Assembly: GCA_030693325.1 (NCBI GenBank)
Contig: JAUYAV010000011.1
Coordinates: forward strand, 1,368-65,367
Source: a bacterium
GTDB lineage: Bacteria > Patescibacteriota > Minisyncoccia > UBA6257 > MFKM01
Reading direction: 5' to 3'
DNA length: 64,000 nucleotides
Shown here: positions 9,671 through 20,801 of the stretch, in pieces
How the letters are laid out: each line of letters begins with the position of its first letter
Numbering within the stretch: position 1 is the first letter of the stretch
Notes under the pieces: generated by a model
Told to the model about the DNA's origin: nothing
The model's input: the letters and a program-made list of their open reading frames with translations, nothing else
Database searches by the model: none
Position numbers and translations under genes: made by a program

Positions 9671-12600
9671 ATGAATTCTTTAACAAAGAAAAATTTCTCT
9701 TCTTATCAAAAACCGTTTATTGAGGAGTCAAATCTAATAGAAATTCAAACTAAATCCTATAAGTGGCTTTTAACCGCCGGCTTAAAAGACCTTTTTGAAG
9801 AATTTTTTCCGATTAAGGACCGAACCGGAAAAGAACTGGAACTTCATTTTCTTGATTTTGATTTTGACGAACCCAAATATGATGAAATTCAAGCTCAGAA
9901 CAAAGAGCAAAGCTACGAAGCCACTCTCCGGGTTAAATTAAAATTAGTAAACAATCTCTCTAAAACCAGCAATACCCAAAAAATTTATTTCGGCGATTTC
10001 CCGATGATGACCGAGCGGGGAACGTTTATTATCAACGGCGTGGAAAGAGTGGTGATTTCCCAGTTAATCAGATCCGCCGGCGTTTATTTCTCGGCCGATA
10101 TTTTCCGGGGACGGAAATTTTTCGGCGCCAAAGTGATTCCTAATAGGGGCGCGTGGCTTGAAATAGAATCCGAACCCAACGGTTTCATCGGCGTAAAAAT
10201 AGACCGGAAAAGAAAAGTTCCGATTACCTGTCTTTTGAGAATTTTTGCCGCGGTTGCCGATAAAAAGAAATCGCTTACCAATGAAGAAATTCTTAAAATT
10301 TTCGGCAAAGCGATTGAACCGACTCTCCTGAAAGATACCGCCTCCAATGATGACGAATCTTTCGTGGAAATTTATAAAAGATTGCGTCCCGGCGATTTAG
10401 CTACGGCTGACAATGCCCGTTCTTTAATCCAGCCGATGTTTTCGCGATTTGACCGTTATGATATTTCTCCGGTTGGCCGTTTTAAAATTAATCAGCGGTT
10501 GGATCTTAAAAAAGAATCGCGACAACTTGATTTGGAAGATCTGATAGCAATTATCAAAGAAATTGTAAAACTTAATAACGAACCGATGGCCGAAGCCGAT
10601 GATATTGACCACCTCGGTAATCGCCGCGTGAGAGCGGTGGGAGAATTGGTTCAGAACAGATTGCGGGTCGGGTTCGCCAGAATGCGCAGGGTTATTCAGG
10701 ACAGGATGTCAACCTTAAACGCTATGGAAATATCAATGCCGACACAGTTGATTAATCCCAAAATTTTGATAGCGGTGGTAAAGGAATTCTTTATGCTTTC
10801 CCAGTTTTCTCAGTTTATGAACCAAGAAAATTTCTTGGCCGAACTTGAGCATAAGCGTTTGCTTTCGGTTTTGGGTCCCGGCGGATTGACTCGCGAGCGG
10901 GCCGGATTTGAAGTCCGCGATGTTCATCGTTCTTACTACGGACGTATTTGCCCGATTCAAACTCCCGAAGGAGCTAATATTGGATTGGTCAATCACTTAG
11001 CCAATCTCAGCCGGGTGAATGAATTCGGTTTCCTGGAGGCGCCATATTATAAAGTTAAAAATGGGATAGTCGGTTTGGAAGTGATCTGGCTTGACGCTTT
11101 TGAGGAAGAAAAATATAACATCGCTCACGCCGCCATTGATATTGATAAAAAAGGAAAAATTTTAGAATCCACGGTTGAAGCGAGAATTAAAGGCGAGCCG
11201 GCCACTTGTTTAAGAGAAGAACTTGATTTTATTGATGCCGCTCCGCATCAGGTTTTTTCCCCGGCCGCTTCCTTGATTCCTTTTATTGAACACGATGACG
11301 CCAACCGGGCGTTAATGGGTTCAAACATGCAACGACAAGCCGTTCCGCTGATTAAACCGGAAGCTCCGTTAGTAGGCACCGGGCTGGAAGGAAAAATCGC
11401 CGAGAATTCCCACCAAGTGATTACCGCTCCGGCTGACGGAGAAATTACCGTCGTTGACGCTAAACATATTGAGCTGAAAACTGCCGCGGGAACAAAAAAA
11501 TATGATTTGATTAAATTCAAACGGTCCAATCAATCAACCTGCATCTCTCAATATCCGGTTATCAAAAAAGGACAAAAAATAAAGAAAGGGGATTTTTTAA
11601 CCAGCGCCTCTTCAATAGACAATGGCCAGTTGGCATTAGGGCAGAATCTTTTAGTGGCTTTCACTCCGTGGGAAGGAGCCAATTTTGAAGATGCGGTTAT
11701 TCTTTCGGAGAGAGTAGTGAATGATGACCGTTTCACGTCCATACATATTGAAGATCACTACTGTGACGTCCGCGAAACCAAACTTGGCCCGGAAATTACT
11801 ACTCCTGATATTCCCAATGTATCCGAAGATAAATTAAGAAACCTTGATGAAGAGGGAACTGTTAGAATTGGAACCGAAGTTAACCCGGATGATATTTTGG
11901 TGGGAAAAATTTCTCCAAAAGGGGAATCTGAATTAACCTCCGAAGAACGTTTATTGAGGGCTATTTTTGGCGAAGAAGCCCGCGATGTTAAAGACACTTC
12001 TCTGGTAATGCCTCACGGAGAACAAGGGCGGGTTATTGGCATAAAAATTTCTTCCCGTGAAAAAGGAGACCAACTTGACCCGGGCGTCATAAAAAGAATC
12101 CAAATCCAGGTAGCCCAGTTAAGCAATATCCAGGTCGGCGATAAATTGACGGGCCGCCACGGAAATAAAGGCGTCATTTCTCAAATCAGACCGGTTGAAG
12201 ACATGCCTTATCTTGAAGATGGAACGCCGGTTGACGTGATTCTTAATCCTTTGGGCGTTGCTTCCCGGATGAATATCGGCCAAATTTTGGAAACCCATTT
12301 GGGTTTTGCCGCCAAAAAATTAGGATATCAGGCGGTTACTCCGATTTTCACCGGCGCTTCTGAAGACCAAATAAGAGAAGAACTCAAGAAAGCCGGTCTG
12401 CCGGAAGACGGAAAAGTAAAAATTTTTGACGGCCGGACCGGTGAAGCTTTCCGTAATCCGATAACGGTCGGCTACATATATGTAATGAAGCTTAACCACT
12501 TGGTTAAAGATAAAATTCACATGCGGTCTACCGGCCCCTACTCTCTTATCACTCAACAGCCCTTGGGCGGCAAAGCGCGTCTTGGCGGCCAGCGTTTCGG

Positions 12601-15600
12601 AGAAATGGAAGTCTGGGCCCTTGAAGGGTACGGCGCCAGTCATACGCTTCAGGAAATGCTTACTATTAAATCCGATGACGTAATGGGCCGTTCTTCAACT
12701 TTTGAATCCATAATCAAAGGAGAAAAAATCAAAAAACCCAGTTTACCGGCTTCCTTCAATGTTTTGGTAAGTGAAATTAAAAGCTTGGGATTGGACGTGG
12801 AAATAATAAAATCCAACGACCAAAAAGACAGGTTGGAAAAAGACCTTAAAGATATTCAGGCTATTTCCATAAAATTGGCCTCGCCGGAAAAAATTATTTC
12901 TTGGTCTTCAGGAGAAGTCACTAAAGCCGAAACCATCAACTACCGCACCCAACGACCCGAAAAAGACGGATTATTTTCCGAGAGAATTTTCGGACCGACC
13001 AAGGACTGGGAATGTTATTGCGGCAAATATAAAAAAATCCGTTACAAAGGCGTGGTCTGCGACAAGTGCGGCGTTGAAGTCACTCGCTCAATAGTCAGAC
13101 GCGAACGGATGGGGCACATTAATTTAGCCGCTCCGGTTGTTCATATTTGGTTTCTGAAAAGCGTCCCTTCAAGATTAAGTTTGATTCTTGACGCGCCCCT
13201 GCCGAAACTGGAAAAAGTCATTTATTACGCCTCCTATATTGTCACGGCTATTAATAAAGACAGCAAAGATTATGAATTTAAAAAGAAAGAACTGCTTGCC
13301 GAAAATATCAAACCAGGGACAATTTTGAACGAGAACGAATATCTTGATTTAAGCGAACGTTTTGAAAAAACCTTGGAAATTAAATCCGGCGCCGAGGCGA
13401 TTCGGAAAATTTTAGAGAACTTAGACCTTAAAACTCTGGTTCATCAGCTGGAAAAAGAACTAGAAGAGACCAAAGACGCCAATCGCCAAATACGAATTTT
13501 AAAACGGCTCAATTTGGTAAAATCCATGATAAAATCCGGCATCAGACCCGAATGGATGATTATGAATGTCTTGCCGGTTTTGCCTCCCGATTTAAGGCCG
13601 ATGGTCGCTTTAGACGGCGGTCGTTTCGCCACTTCCGACCTTAACGATCTTTATCGGAGAGTTATTAATCGCAATAATCGTTTGAAGAAACTGCTTGAAT
13701 TGAAAGCGCCGGAAGTGATTGTCACTAACGAAAAGCGAATGTTGCAGGAAGCCGTTGACGCTTTAATAGACAACGCCAGTTCCATCGGCGCCCAACAACT
13801 TTCCGCTCAGCGCCGTCCATTAAAATCCCTGGCTGATATGCTCCGGGGCAAACAGGGCCGTTTCCGCCAAAATCTTTTGGGCAAACGGGTTGATTATTCC
13901 GGCCGCTCCGTAATTGTCGTCGGCCCCGAATTAAAACTTGGCGAATGCGGTTTGCCTAAAAAAATGGCCTTGGAACTTTTTCGTCCTTTTATTATCCATA
14001 AAGTTATTGAACGCAGTTTGGCTCATAATATTAAAAACGCCAATAAATTTATTGACCAGGGTTCGGACGAGGTCTGGGCGATTTTAGAAGAAGTCATCGC
14101 GGACAAAAAAGTACTGCTTAACCGGGCGCCGACTCTCCACCGTTTGAGCATCCAGGCCTTTAAACCGATTCTTGTGGAAGGATTGGCTATTAAAATTCCG
14201 CCGCTGGTTTGCGCGGCTTTTAATGCCGACTTTGACGGCGACCAAATGGCCGTCCATCTGCCGCTTTCCGAAGAAGCTCAATATGAAGCCAGAGAACTCA
14301 TACTCTCTACGGTTAATCTCTTGAAACCGGCTTCAGGCCACCCGGTCGTCAGTCCTACTCAGGATATCGTCTTGGGCTGTTATTTCCTTACCAAACTCCA
14401 GCCGGAAGCGAAGGGAAAAAATTCAATCTTTTCAAGCTTTGCCGAAGCCACTTTGGCTTATGAGCGCGGTTTTCTTGACCTTAACGCGCCGATTAAAATC
14501 GCCCTTCCGAAAAGAAGCAAAAAACTCATAGATACAACTTATGGCCGTTTAATCTTCAATAATCAGCTTCCGAAAAATTTTGATTTTATCAACGAACTGC
14601 TCAATAAAACCGCTCTCTCAAAAATCAGTTCCTTGATTATAGAAAAAGTGGGCATCAATCAAGCCGCCGTTTATTTGGACAACATTAAAAATATCGGCTT
14701 TGAATACGCCACCATTTCCGGAATTACCTGGGGAATGGACGATTTGAAAATACCGGAACAAAAACCTCAAATCATTGAAAAAGCGGAAAAAGAAGTAGCC
14801 ACGGTCAATGACGAATTCCGCCAGGGATTATTAACTAACGAAGAAAGAAAAAATCAGGTTATTATTATTTGGGATAAAACCAATAAAGAAATCGCCAGTC
14901 TTGTTCCTAAAACATTCCATCCCGACAATCCTGTCTTTATTATTTTAGATTCCAAAGCCCGCGGCGGCTGGGCGCAAACGGCCCAGATGACCGGCATGAA
15001 AGGATTGGTTATCAACCCGAGTGGAGAAGTCATTGAATTGCCCGTTAAATCATCTTATAAAGAAGGATTGGACATTTTAGAATACTTTATTTCCATTCAC
15101 GGCGCCCGCAAAGGCCAGGCCGACACCGCGCTCAGAACGGCAGAAGCCGGATATTTGACCCGCCGTTTGATTGATGTAGCCCAGGACGTAATAATCCAGG
15201 AGGAGGATTGCCAAACAGAAGAAGGAATTGAAATTTTCAGAAAAGAAGGGGACGAATACGGTTATCATTTTGCCGAGCGGCTTTATTCGCGAACGGCTTT
15301 GGAAAATATAAAAATTAAAAGCAAAATTATCGTGAAAGCCGGTGAAGTTATCGGCCGCGAAGCCGCCGAGCTTATTGATAAATCAAAAGTGGAATCAGCT
15401 AAGGTCCGCTCGCCGATTACCTGTAAAACTCTTTACGGAATTTGTTCGCGCTGTTACGGCTTGGATTTAGGAACTAACCAGCCGATAAAACTGGGAGAAG
15501 CTGTCGGGATTATCGCCGCTCAATCAATCGGCGAGCCCGGAACTCAGCTTACTTTGAGAACCTTCCATTCCGGCGGCGTGGCCGGGATTGATATCACCCA

Positions 15601-16363
15601 CGGTTTGCCGCGGGTAGAAGAGGTTTTTGAAGCCCGTTCGCCTCGCGGGAAAGCCATCCTGGCCGAAACTGATGGCGTTGTTGAATCCATTAAAGAAGAT
15701 AATTCAATAAAAATCGTAAAAATAAAAAGTTCGGCTTCAAAAGGCAAAAAAGCCAAATATTTTGAATATACGATTCCTCGGACGACCATCCTTTTGGTAA
15801 AAACCAATGACAAAATCGTTAAGGGCCAGCAAGTCAGCGAAGGTTCAATTAATTTAAAAGAGCTTTTAATCGCCCAAAATAGCCGAGAAGTGGAGCGCTA
15901 TATCGTCAACGAAATTCAAAAAATTTATGTCCCCGAAGGAACTATTATCAATGACAAGCATATTGAAATAATCATCCGCCAAATGTTTTCTCGGGTAACA
16001 ATTAAAGAAGAAGGAGATACTAATTTTGTCATCGGCGATGTCATTGAAAAATCAAAATTCTTGGAAGTTAACCGGCAAACCAAAAAACTCAAAGGCGAAC
16101 CGGCAAAAGCCCAGCTTATTTTGATGGGCATCACCCAGGTCAGCTTAACCACTGAAAGTTTCCTCTCGGCGGCTTCTTTCCAGGAAACTTCTCGCGTCTT
16201 GGTAGGGGCGGCCATCAGCGGCAAGGTTGATAAACTCCGCGGCCTTAAAGAAAACGTGATTATCGGCCGCTTGATTCCGGCTGGCATCGGCTGGCGGGGA
16301 ATACCCGTGGAAGCCGTCAGCGACGAAGAAGAAAATAAAGAGATTGAAGAAGGCAACAAATAA
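9671..16363 (+). CDS. rpoBC: fused DNA-directed RNA polymerase beta-beta' (rpoB-rpoC) in one uninterrupted reading frame; junction near nt 12850
   Basis: RpoB motifs ([15 protein letters not shown], rif region [18 protein letters not shown]) run without a stop into RpoC motifs ([28 protein letters not shown]); ATG at 9671 begins [11 protein letters not shown]. Confidence 0.9.
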   Translation: MNSLTKKNFSSYQKPFIEESNLIEIQTKSYKWLLTAGLKDLFEEFFPIKDRTGKELELHFLDFDFDEPKYDEIQAQNKEQSYEATLRVKLKLVNNLSKTSNTQKIYFGDFPMMTERGTFIINGVERVVISQLIRSAGVYFSADIFRGRKFFGAKVIPNRGAWLEIESEPNGFIGVKIDRKRKVPITCLLRIFAAVADKKKSLTNEEILKIFGKAIEPTLLKDTASNDDESFVEIYKRLRPGDLATADNARSLIQPMFSRFDRYDISPVGRFKINQRLDLKKESRQLDLEDLIAIIKEIVKLNNEPMAEADDIDHLGNRRVRAVGELVQNRLRVGFARMRRVIQDRMSTLNAMEISMPTQLINPKILIAVVKEFFMLSQFSQFMNQENFLAELEHKRLLSVLGPGGLTRERAGFEVRDVHRSYYGRICPIQTPEGANIGLVNHLANLSRVNEFGFLEAPYYKVKNGIVGLEVIWLDAFEEEKYNIAHAAIDIDKKGKILESTVEARIKGEPATCLREELDFIDAAPHQVFSPAASLIPFIEHDDANRALMGSNMQRQAVPLIKPEAPLVGTGLEGKIAENSHQVITAPADGEITVVDAKHIELKTAAGTKKYDLIKFKRSNQSTCISQYPVIKKGQKIKKGDFLTSASSIDNGQLALGQNLLVAFTPWEGANFEDAVILSERVVNDDRFTSIHIEDHYCDVRETKLGPEITTPDIPNVSEDKLRNLDEEGTVRIGTEVNPDDILVGKISPKGESELTSEERLLRAIFGEEARDVKDTSLVMPHGEQGRVIGIKISSREKGDQLDPGVIKRIQIQVAQLSNIQVGDKLTGRHGNKGVISQIRPVEDMPYLEDGTPVDVILNPLGVASRMNIGQILETHLGFAAKKLGYQAVTPIFTGASEDQIREELKKAGLPEDGKVKIFDGRTGEAFRNPITVGYIYVMKLNHLVKDKIHMRSTGPYSLITQQPLGGKARLGGQRFGEMEVWALEGYGASHTLQEMLTIKSDDVMGRSSTFESIIKGEKIKKPSLPASFNVLVSEIKSLGLDVEIIKSNDQKDRLEKDLKDIQAISIKLASPEKIISWSSGEVTKAETINYRTQRPEKDGLFSERIFGPTKDWECYCGKYKKIRYKGVVCDKCGVEVTRSIVRRERMGHINLAAPVVHIWFLKSVPSRLSLILDAPLPKLEKVIYYASYIVTAINKDSKDYEFKKKELLAENIKPGTILNENEYLDLSERFEKTLEIKSGAEAIRKILENLDLKTLVHQLEKELEETKDANRQIRILKRLNLVKSMIKSGIRPEWMIMNVLPVLPPDLRPMVALDGGRFATSDLNDLYRRVINRNNRLKKLLELKAPEVIVTNEKRMLQEAVDALIDNASSIGAQQLSAQRRPLKSLADMLRGKQGRFRQNLLGKRVDYSGRSVIVVGPELKLGECGLPKKMALELFRPFIIHKVIERSLAHNIKNANKFIDQGSDEVWAILEEVIADKKVLLNRAPTLHRLSIQAFKPILVEGLAIKIPPLVCAAFNADFDGDQMAVHLPLSEEAQYEARELILSTVNLLKPASGHPVVSPTQDIVLGCYFLTKLQPEAKGKNSIFSSFAEATLAYERGFLDLNAPIKIALPKRSKKLIDTTYGRLIFNNQLPKNFDFINELLNKTALSKISSLIIEKVGINQAAVYLDNIKNIGFEYATISGITWGMDDLKIPEQKPQIIEKAEKEVATVNDEFRQGLLTNEERKNQVIIIWDKTNKEIASLVPKTFHPDNPVFIILDSKARGGWAQTAQMTGMKGLVINPSGEVIELPVKSSYKEGLDILEYFISIHGARKGQADTALRTAEAGYLTRRLIDVAQDVIIQEEDCQTEEGIEIFRKEGDEYGYHFAERLYSRTALENIKIKSKIIVKAGEVIGREAAELIDKSKVESAKVRSPITCKTLYGICSRCYGLDLGTNQPIKLGEAVGIIAAQSIGEPGTQLTLRTFHSGGVAGIDITHGLPRVEEVFEARSPRGKAILAETDGVVESIKEDNSIKIVKIKSSASKGKKAKYFEYTIPRTTILLVKTNDKIVKGQQVSEGSINLKELLIAQNSREVERYIVNEIQKIYVPEGTIINDKHIEIIIRQMFSRVTIKEEGDTNFVIGDVIEKSKFLEVNRQTKKLKGEPAKAQLILMGITQVSLTTESFLSAASFQETSRVLVGAAISGKVDKLRGLKENVIIGRLIPAGIGWRGIPVEAVSDEEENKEIEEGNK

Positions 16364-16365
16364 GT

Positions 16366-16393
16366 TTGACTTTGGGAAAAAGTTTGATATTCT
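16366..16393 (+). promoter_or_regulatory. weak candidate promoter for rpsF-ssb-rpsR (-35 TTGACT, about 16-nt spacer, -10 TATTCT)
   Basis: read by eye; weak -10. Confidence 0.25.
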
Positions 16394-16446
16394 AATGATG
16401 AAAGTGGATAAGCGCTAATAAATATCCGCATAAATCAGCGTACTTT

Positions 16447-16872
16447 ATGGAAGAAATTGAAAAAAGAAAATACGAGATTGGTTTCGTGATAAAAACCGAA
16501 GACGCGGCGATTATCTCTCAATCCTTGAAAAACAGGGGATTTGTTGTTTTGGCTGAAAATCCTTTAGAAAAGATTCAGCTGGCTTATCTCATAAAAAAAG
16601 AAAGTTACGCTTATTTCAGTTATTCCCATTTTGAAGGCGATCCGGCCGCTATTAAAGAGTTGAAAGAAGATCTTAAGCTCAACCCGGAAGTTCTGCGTTA
16701 TTTGATAATCACTCCGCCTTTCATAAAAAAACTCGCCTGGAGAAACCCCGCGTTTTCCGAAACATCCGGAGAAATGAAATTCACTCCGCCTGTCGCTAAA
16801 CGAAGTCCGGCTATTGAATCAATCTTAACCAATGAAGCGTTGGAAAAGAAAATTGAAGAAATATTAAAATAA
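16447..16872 (+). CDS. rpsF: 30S ribosomal protein S6 with C-terminal extension
   Basis: YEIGFVIKTED...LAYLIKK; conserved rpsF-ssb-rpsR order. Confidence 0.85.
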   Translation: MEEIEKRKYEIGFVIKTEDAAIISQSLKNRGFVVLAENPLEKIQLAYLIKKESYAYFSYSHFEGDPAAIKELKEDLKLNPEVLRYLIITPPFIKKLAWRNPAFSETSGEMKFTPPVAKRSPAIESILTNEALEKKIEEILK

Positions 16873-16876
16873 AAAT

Positions 16877-17335
16877 ATGAATTTAAACAAAGTATTTCTT
16901 ATCGGTAATTTAACCAGGAACCCGGAACTTAGAGCTCTGCCTTCAGGCGCGGCAGTTGCTTCTTTCGGGATAGCCACTAATCGGATTTGGAAAAATCAGC
17001 AAGGCGAACGGCAGGAAGATGTGCAGTTTCATAATGTTGTTGTTTTCGGCCGTCAAGCTGAAATCGTGAACCAATATTTAACAAAAGGAAGCTTGGCGTT
17101 GATTGAGGGCCGGATTCAAACCAGCTCATGGGACGGAAAAGATGGAACTAAGCAATACAAAACGGAAATCGTGGCAGAAAGAGTCCAGTTTGGTCCGCGA
17201 AGCGCCGCAAAACAGGAAGGATTTGTTAAAAATGAAACACCAAAAGTCGTGAATCAAAATCCGCCAATTCGCGAAGAATTGCCGGAAATTAATATTGACG
17301 AAGGCGAAATAAGACCGGAAGATTTACCATTTTAA
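16877..17335 (+). CDS. ssb: single-stranded DNA-binding protein
   Basis: OB-fold motif NKVFLIGNLTRNPELR; acidic C-terminal tail ending DLPF. Confidence 0.9.
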   Translation: MNLNKVFLIGNLTRNPELRALPSGAAVASFGIATNRIWKNQQGERQEDVQFHNVVVFGRQAEIVNQYLTKGSLALIEGRIQTSSWDGKDGTKQYKTEIVAERVQFGPRSAAKQEGFVKNETPKVVNQNPPIREELPEINIDEGEIRPEDLPF

Positions 17336-17339
17336 AATT

Positions 17340-17546
17340 ATGAATAAGAAACAGTGTTTTTTTTGTTCCCAAAATTTAAAAGACGTTGATTATAAAGAGA
17401 TTGAATTACTCCGGCGTTTTGTGTCCGGCCAAAGCAAAATCATTGACCCGCGATATTCCGGCATCTGCGCCAAACACCAGAGAAAACTGGCGCAAGCGAT
17501 AAAAAGAGCCCGGTATTTAGGATTATTGCCGTTTGTTTCAAGATAA
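17340..17546 (+). CDS. rpsR: 30S ribosomal protein S18
   Basis: CFFC...DYKEIELLRRFVSGQSKI...RKLAQAIKRARYLGLLPF. Confidence 0.9.
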   Translation: MNKKQCFFCSQNLKDVDYKEIELLRRFVSGQSKIIDPRYSGICAKHQRKLAQAIKRARYLGLLPFVSR

Positions 17547-17584
17547 TTACAGTAATTACTGTAATTACCGTAATTACGGTAATT
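17545..17584. repeat. GTAATTAC tandem palindrome array overlapping the rpsR TAA stop
   Basis: aattacagtaattactgtaattaccgtaattacggtaatt. Confidence 0.8.
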
Positions 17585-17593
17585 GAATAAAAA

Positions 17594-18124
17594 ATGTCTT
17601 TCGATTTTTATATTTTTCAAGCTTTCCATAATTTAGCCAATAAGTCTAATTTTTTTGATGGGCTGATTGTTTTTTTGGCCGGCTACCTCCAGTATGTTTT
17701 ATTAGCTTTGGCGATTTTTCTGTTGCTTGCGAAAATAAAAGATTGGCGCCATCAGCTTTATATCGTTTCGGTTTTTCTACTTTCGGCTATTATCAGCCGG
17801 GGATTGATTACGGAAATTATCCGATTTTTCTATCACCGATTAAGGCCATTTTTGGCTCTCAATCTTACGCCCCTAGTCAAAGATTTCAGCGGCTCTTTCC
17901 CTTCCGGCCATATGACTTTGTATTTCGCTCTGGCTTTAACTATTTTTTTGATAAGCCGAAAATGGACCTGGTTTTTTGTCGCCAGCGTTATTTTGATGGG
18001 CCTGGCAAGAATCGCCGCCGGCGTTCACTGGCCTTCGGATATTATAGGCGGAATTCTAATTGCTATTATCAGTTATTTTATTGTCAAAAAAATTCTTCCC
18101 TCAAACAATAAAACCGCCAATTAA
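17594..18124 (+). CDS. PAP2-family membrane phosphatase (undecaprenyl-diphosphatase or PgpB-like)
   Basis: PAP2 motifs RLRP, PSGH, ARIAAGVHWPSD. Confidence 0.8.
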   Translation: MSFDFYIFQAFHNLANKSNFFDGLIVFLAGYLQYVLLALAIFLLLAKIKDWRHQLYIVSVFLLSAIISRGLITEIIRFFYHRLRPFLALNLTPLVKDFSGSFPSGHMTLYFALALTIFLISRKWTWFFVASVILMGLARIAAGVHWPSDIIGGILIAIISYFIVKKILPSNNKTAN

Positions 18125-18142
18125 GCGGTTTTATTTTTCTTG

Positions 18143-18226
18143 TGCCCGAGGAGAGAGTCGAACTCTCACGACCTAAACGGTCAATGGATTTTGAGTCCAT
18201 CGCGTCTGCCATTCCGCCACCCGGGC
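18143..18226 (-). tRNA. tRNA-Leu (anticodon CAA), long variable arm
   Basis: hand-folded cloverleaf: acceptor gcccggg/ctcgggc, anticodon loop cuCAAaa, T-loop ttcgact. Confidence 0.75.
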
Positions 18227-18278
18227 TCCTTTTTAATTATAACGCATAAATTTTAACAGCCAACTCGCGAAATTCATA

Positions 18279-18423
18279 GCCAAACCAAACTTGTCTGAGA
18301 AAATATCCCGCAGGCACTGAAAGATTGGTTTCGCCGTAGGCGAATTTCAGCGCCGAGGGAAAAGAAAATTTTGCCGCTGGAGCAAAATTATTCTGGTTTT
18401 CGAAGGCAAGTTTGGTTTGGCTA
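18279..18423 (+). repeat. copy A of a ~145-bp structured repeat family (16-bp terminal inverted repeat AGCCAAACCAAACTTG, conserved cores, variable internal hairpin)
   Basis: direct comparison with copies at 20663..20801, 43333..43476 and 57606..57748. Confidence 0.85.
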
Positions 18424-18489
18424 AAACTAAAATCAATTCGGAAATGTATATTGATAATGCCATAATTTTTAGCTATAGTAAAGAAGAAT

Positions 18490-19299
18490 ATGGCCCGCGT
18501 TATTGCAATCTGTAATCAAAAAGGGGGAGTCGGAAAAACAACCACGGCGATGAACTTGGGCGCTTATTTAGCCGCTTTGGGACGGCGCTGTCTTTTGGTT
18601 GATTTTGACCCCCAAGCCAACGCCACTTCCGGTTTGGGGATAACGCCGCCACAAGAGTCAGTTTACACCGCTTTGATGAGCGGTCTAATCCCCAGCCATT
18701 TGATCAGAAGAACCGCCATTTTCGGCTACGAAGTTCTGCCGGCTTCCCAGGATTTAGCCGGCGCTTTGGTGGAATTAATTTCTTTGCCCGAGCGGGAATA
18801 TCAGTTAAGAAAAACTATCAATCAACTCCGGCATTTATACGATTTTATATTAATTGACTTGCCGCCCTCGCTTAATCTTCTGACTGTTAACGGGTTGATA
18901 GCCGCCGATGAAGTTTTGATGCCGATTCAATGCGAATATTACAGTTTGGAGGGGATAGGCCAGCTTTTAAAAACTATTGACCTTATTCGCGAAAATCTCG
19001 GCTATAAATTAAACGTGGCGGGTGCGGTTTTAACGATGTATAATAAAAAAGAACGGCTTTCTCGGGAAGTGGTTAAAGAAGTTAGAAGACATTTTCCTTA
19101 TCATGTTTTTAACTCTGAAATACCCCGAGCAGTCGCTTTGGCCGAAGCCCCAAGTTTCGGCAAACCCATTATTCTTTACGCTCCTAACACCCAAGCGGCT
19201 CGGGCTTATCTGCTTTTAACCAAAGAAATCATCAGCCAACAAGAGAAAGGCGCAAATAGTCAATTCGCTAATCAAGTTTTTGGTAACCTAATAACATAA
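18490..19299 (+). CDS. parA: ParA/Soj chromosome-partitioning ATPase
   Basis: deviant Walker A KGGVGKTT. Confidence 0.9.
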   Translation: MARVIAICNQKGGVGKTTTAMNLGAYLAALGRRCLLVDFDPQANATSGLGITPPQESVYTALMSGLIPSHLIRRTAIFGYEVLPASQDLAGALVELISLPEREYQLRKTINQLRHLYDFILIDLPPSLNLLTVNGLIAADEVLMPIQCEYYSLEGIGQLLKTIDLIRENLGYKLNVAGAVLTMYNKKERLSREVVKEVRRHFPYHVFNSEIPRAVALAEAPSFGKPIILYAPNTQAARAYLLLTKEIISQQEKGANSQFANQVFGNLIT

Positions 19300-19309
19300 T
19301 TTTTATAAT

Positions 19310-20344
19310 ATGCTCGGACGAGGTTTAGAATCTTTAATACCACGGAAAGATAATAAAGAAACGCCGGAAACCGAACAAAAAAATGCGTCTTCGGCGTCGG
19401 CGCCGGCTTCGGATTTTTTTTCATCCGATAGTCCGGAACTTAAAAAAGATTTAGCTGGTGTCTTACCTAAGCCGGAAGAAAATTTGAAATTAAACATCCA
19501 AGAACCTGCGCCGAAAAAAGATTTTCAGGAACTCCCCAGAAAACATCAGGAAGCCATATTTTTGATTGAAGTTGATGAAATCAAACCCAATCCTCATCAG
19601 CCAAGGCGCCATTTTGACGAAGAATCATTGAAAGAATTAGCCGCCTCCATTCAGGAATTCGGCATTCTCCAGCCGCTTCTCGTTTCCAAAATTGAAGAAG
19701 AAACCGAAAACGGCACCAAGGTAAGCTACCAATTGATAGCCGGTGAAAGAAGGTTTATGGCCGCCAAAATGCTCGGCCTGGAACGGGTGCCGGCAATTAT
19801 TAAAAAAATTGACCTTGAAACCAATAACCTGGAAATGGCGATCATTGAAAATATCCAGCGTGTTGACCTCAATCCGATAGAATCAGCCCGCGCTTTTGCC
19901 AAACTCCAGGACGAATTCCGCTTAACCCAGAGAGAAATCGCCCAAAGAGTGGGAAAAAGCCGGGAAGCGGTAGCCAATACTTTGCGGTTATTAAGCTTGC
20001 CCTCAAATATCCAGGATGCCCTGGCCCAAAAGAAAATAAACGAAAGCCAGGCCAGGATGCTTTTAACCGTCAGTGATTTAAACCAACAACAAGCGCTTTT
20101 TCAGGAATTAATAAACGGCGGCCTCAGTGTCAGAGATTTACGGGAAAAAATAAATCCCGAAGAAACAACCGGCCGTACCGAAGACCCGGAAAGTAAATAT
20201 ATGGAAAACCGGCTGGAAGAAGCGCTCGGCACTAAAGTCAATATCAGTAAAAATCAAAATAAAGGCAAAATCGTCATTAAATTTTTCTCACCGGAAGAAC
20301 TTGACGCCATTATCAAAAAAATCTGCCAGCCAGAGTCAGAATAA
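19310..20344 (+). CDS. parB: ParB/Spo0J partition protein
   Basis: ParB box LIAGERRFMAAKMLG; HTH; low-complexity N-terminus. Confidence 0.9.
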   Translation: MLGRGLESLIPRKDNKETPETEQKNASSASAPASDFFSSDSPELKKDLAGVLPKPEENLKLNIQEPAPKKDFQELPRKHQEAIFLIEVDEIKPNPHQPRRHFDEESLKELAASIQEFGILQPLLVSKIEEETENGTKVSYQLIAGERRFMAAKMLGLERVPAIIKKIDLETNNLEMAIIENIQRVDLNPIESARAFAKLQDEFRLTQREIAQRVGKSREAVANTLRLLSLPSNIQDALAQKKINESQARMLLTVSDLNQQQALFQELINGGLSVRDLREKINPEETTGRTEDPESKYMENRLEEALGTKVNISKNQNKGKIVIKFFSPEELDAIIKKICQPESE

Positions 20345-20356
20345 TTTTGTCCAGGA

Positions 20357-20383
20357 GCAAACCAAACTTGCCTTCGAAAACCA
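20357..20383. repeat. solo terminal fragment (gcaaaccaaacttgccttcgaaaacca) of the 145-bp repeat family
   Basis: matches the reverse complement of the family right end. Confidence 0.6.
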
Positions 20384-20400
20384 TACTTTTAATTAATGTG

Positions 20401-20630
20401 ATTTTTCACAAAACCTTTTCCGCCAGCAAATTTCCGTTCAGATAAATTATCTTCGCTCGTCCTCAGAAGGTAACGAAAAATATCGAACTCACCCAATCTT
20501 ACGAGGTTTAACCTCATAAGATTGGGATTCAGACAGCGAATATTTTTCTACTTCTTTCGTCCTCGCTCAGTAATTTATAACTTCACTTCAACAGGCTGGC
20601 TAAAAAAAGGTTTTGTGAAAAAAATCTTCC
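20401..20630. repeat. 230-bp imperfect long palindrome bounded by inverted repeats gatttttcacaaaacctttt / aaaaggttttgtgaaaaaaatc, centred on cgaggtttaacctca
   Basis: arms read on both strands; the central motif recurs at 22225 and 41424. Confidence 0.7.
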
Positions 20631-20662
20631 TTACAAAACTTTCCTGAAAAGAAATTCAGGAG

Positions 20663-20801
20663 CAAACCAAACTTGTCTGAGAAAATATCCCGCAACCCCG
20701 ACGGGCTGGGTCTCGCCGAAGGCGAGCCGTCGGGGCGAGGGCAAAGAAAATTTTGCCGCTGGAGCAAAATTATTCTGGTTTTCGAAGGCAAGTTTGGTTT
20801 G
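20663..20801 (+). repeat. copy C of the 145-bp structured repeat family
   Basis: same termini and cores as copy A; different but still base-paired internal hairpin (ccccgacgg...ccgtcgggg). Confidence 0.85.

Noticed and set aside
17743-18111. 122-aa ORF overlapping the PAP2 phosphatase in another frame, and similar antisense or alternate-frame ORFs inside rpoBC, secA, the pilin gene, typA, transketolase and others
   Set aside because: Each is fully embedded in a well-supported gene and lacks any motif or plausible start context.
18290-18310. Hammerhead-like CUGAGAAAA in the conserved core of the 145-bp repeat
   Set aside because: The conserved G8 of CUGANGA is missing and the segment is not conserved in the divergent copy at 43333.
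20600-20791. 63-aa ORF (and 57618..57950, 57769..57966) reading through copies of the 145-bp repeat
   Set aside because: The similar peptides arise only because the repeats are near-identical DNA. There is no independent coding evidence, except possibly the in-frame N-terminus of the M23 peptidase (reported separately).
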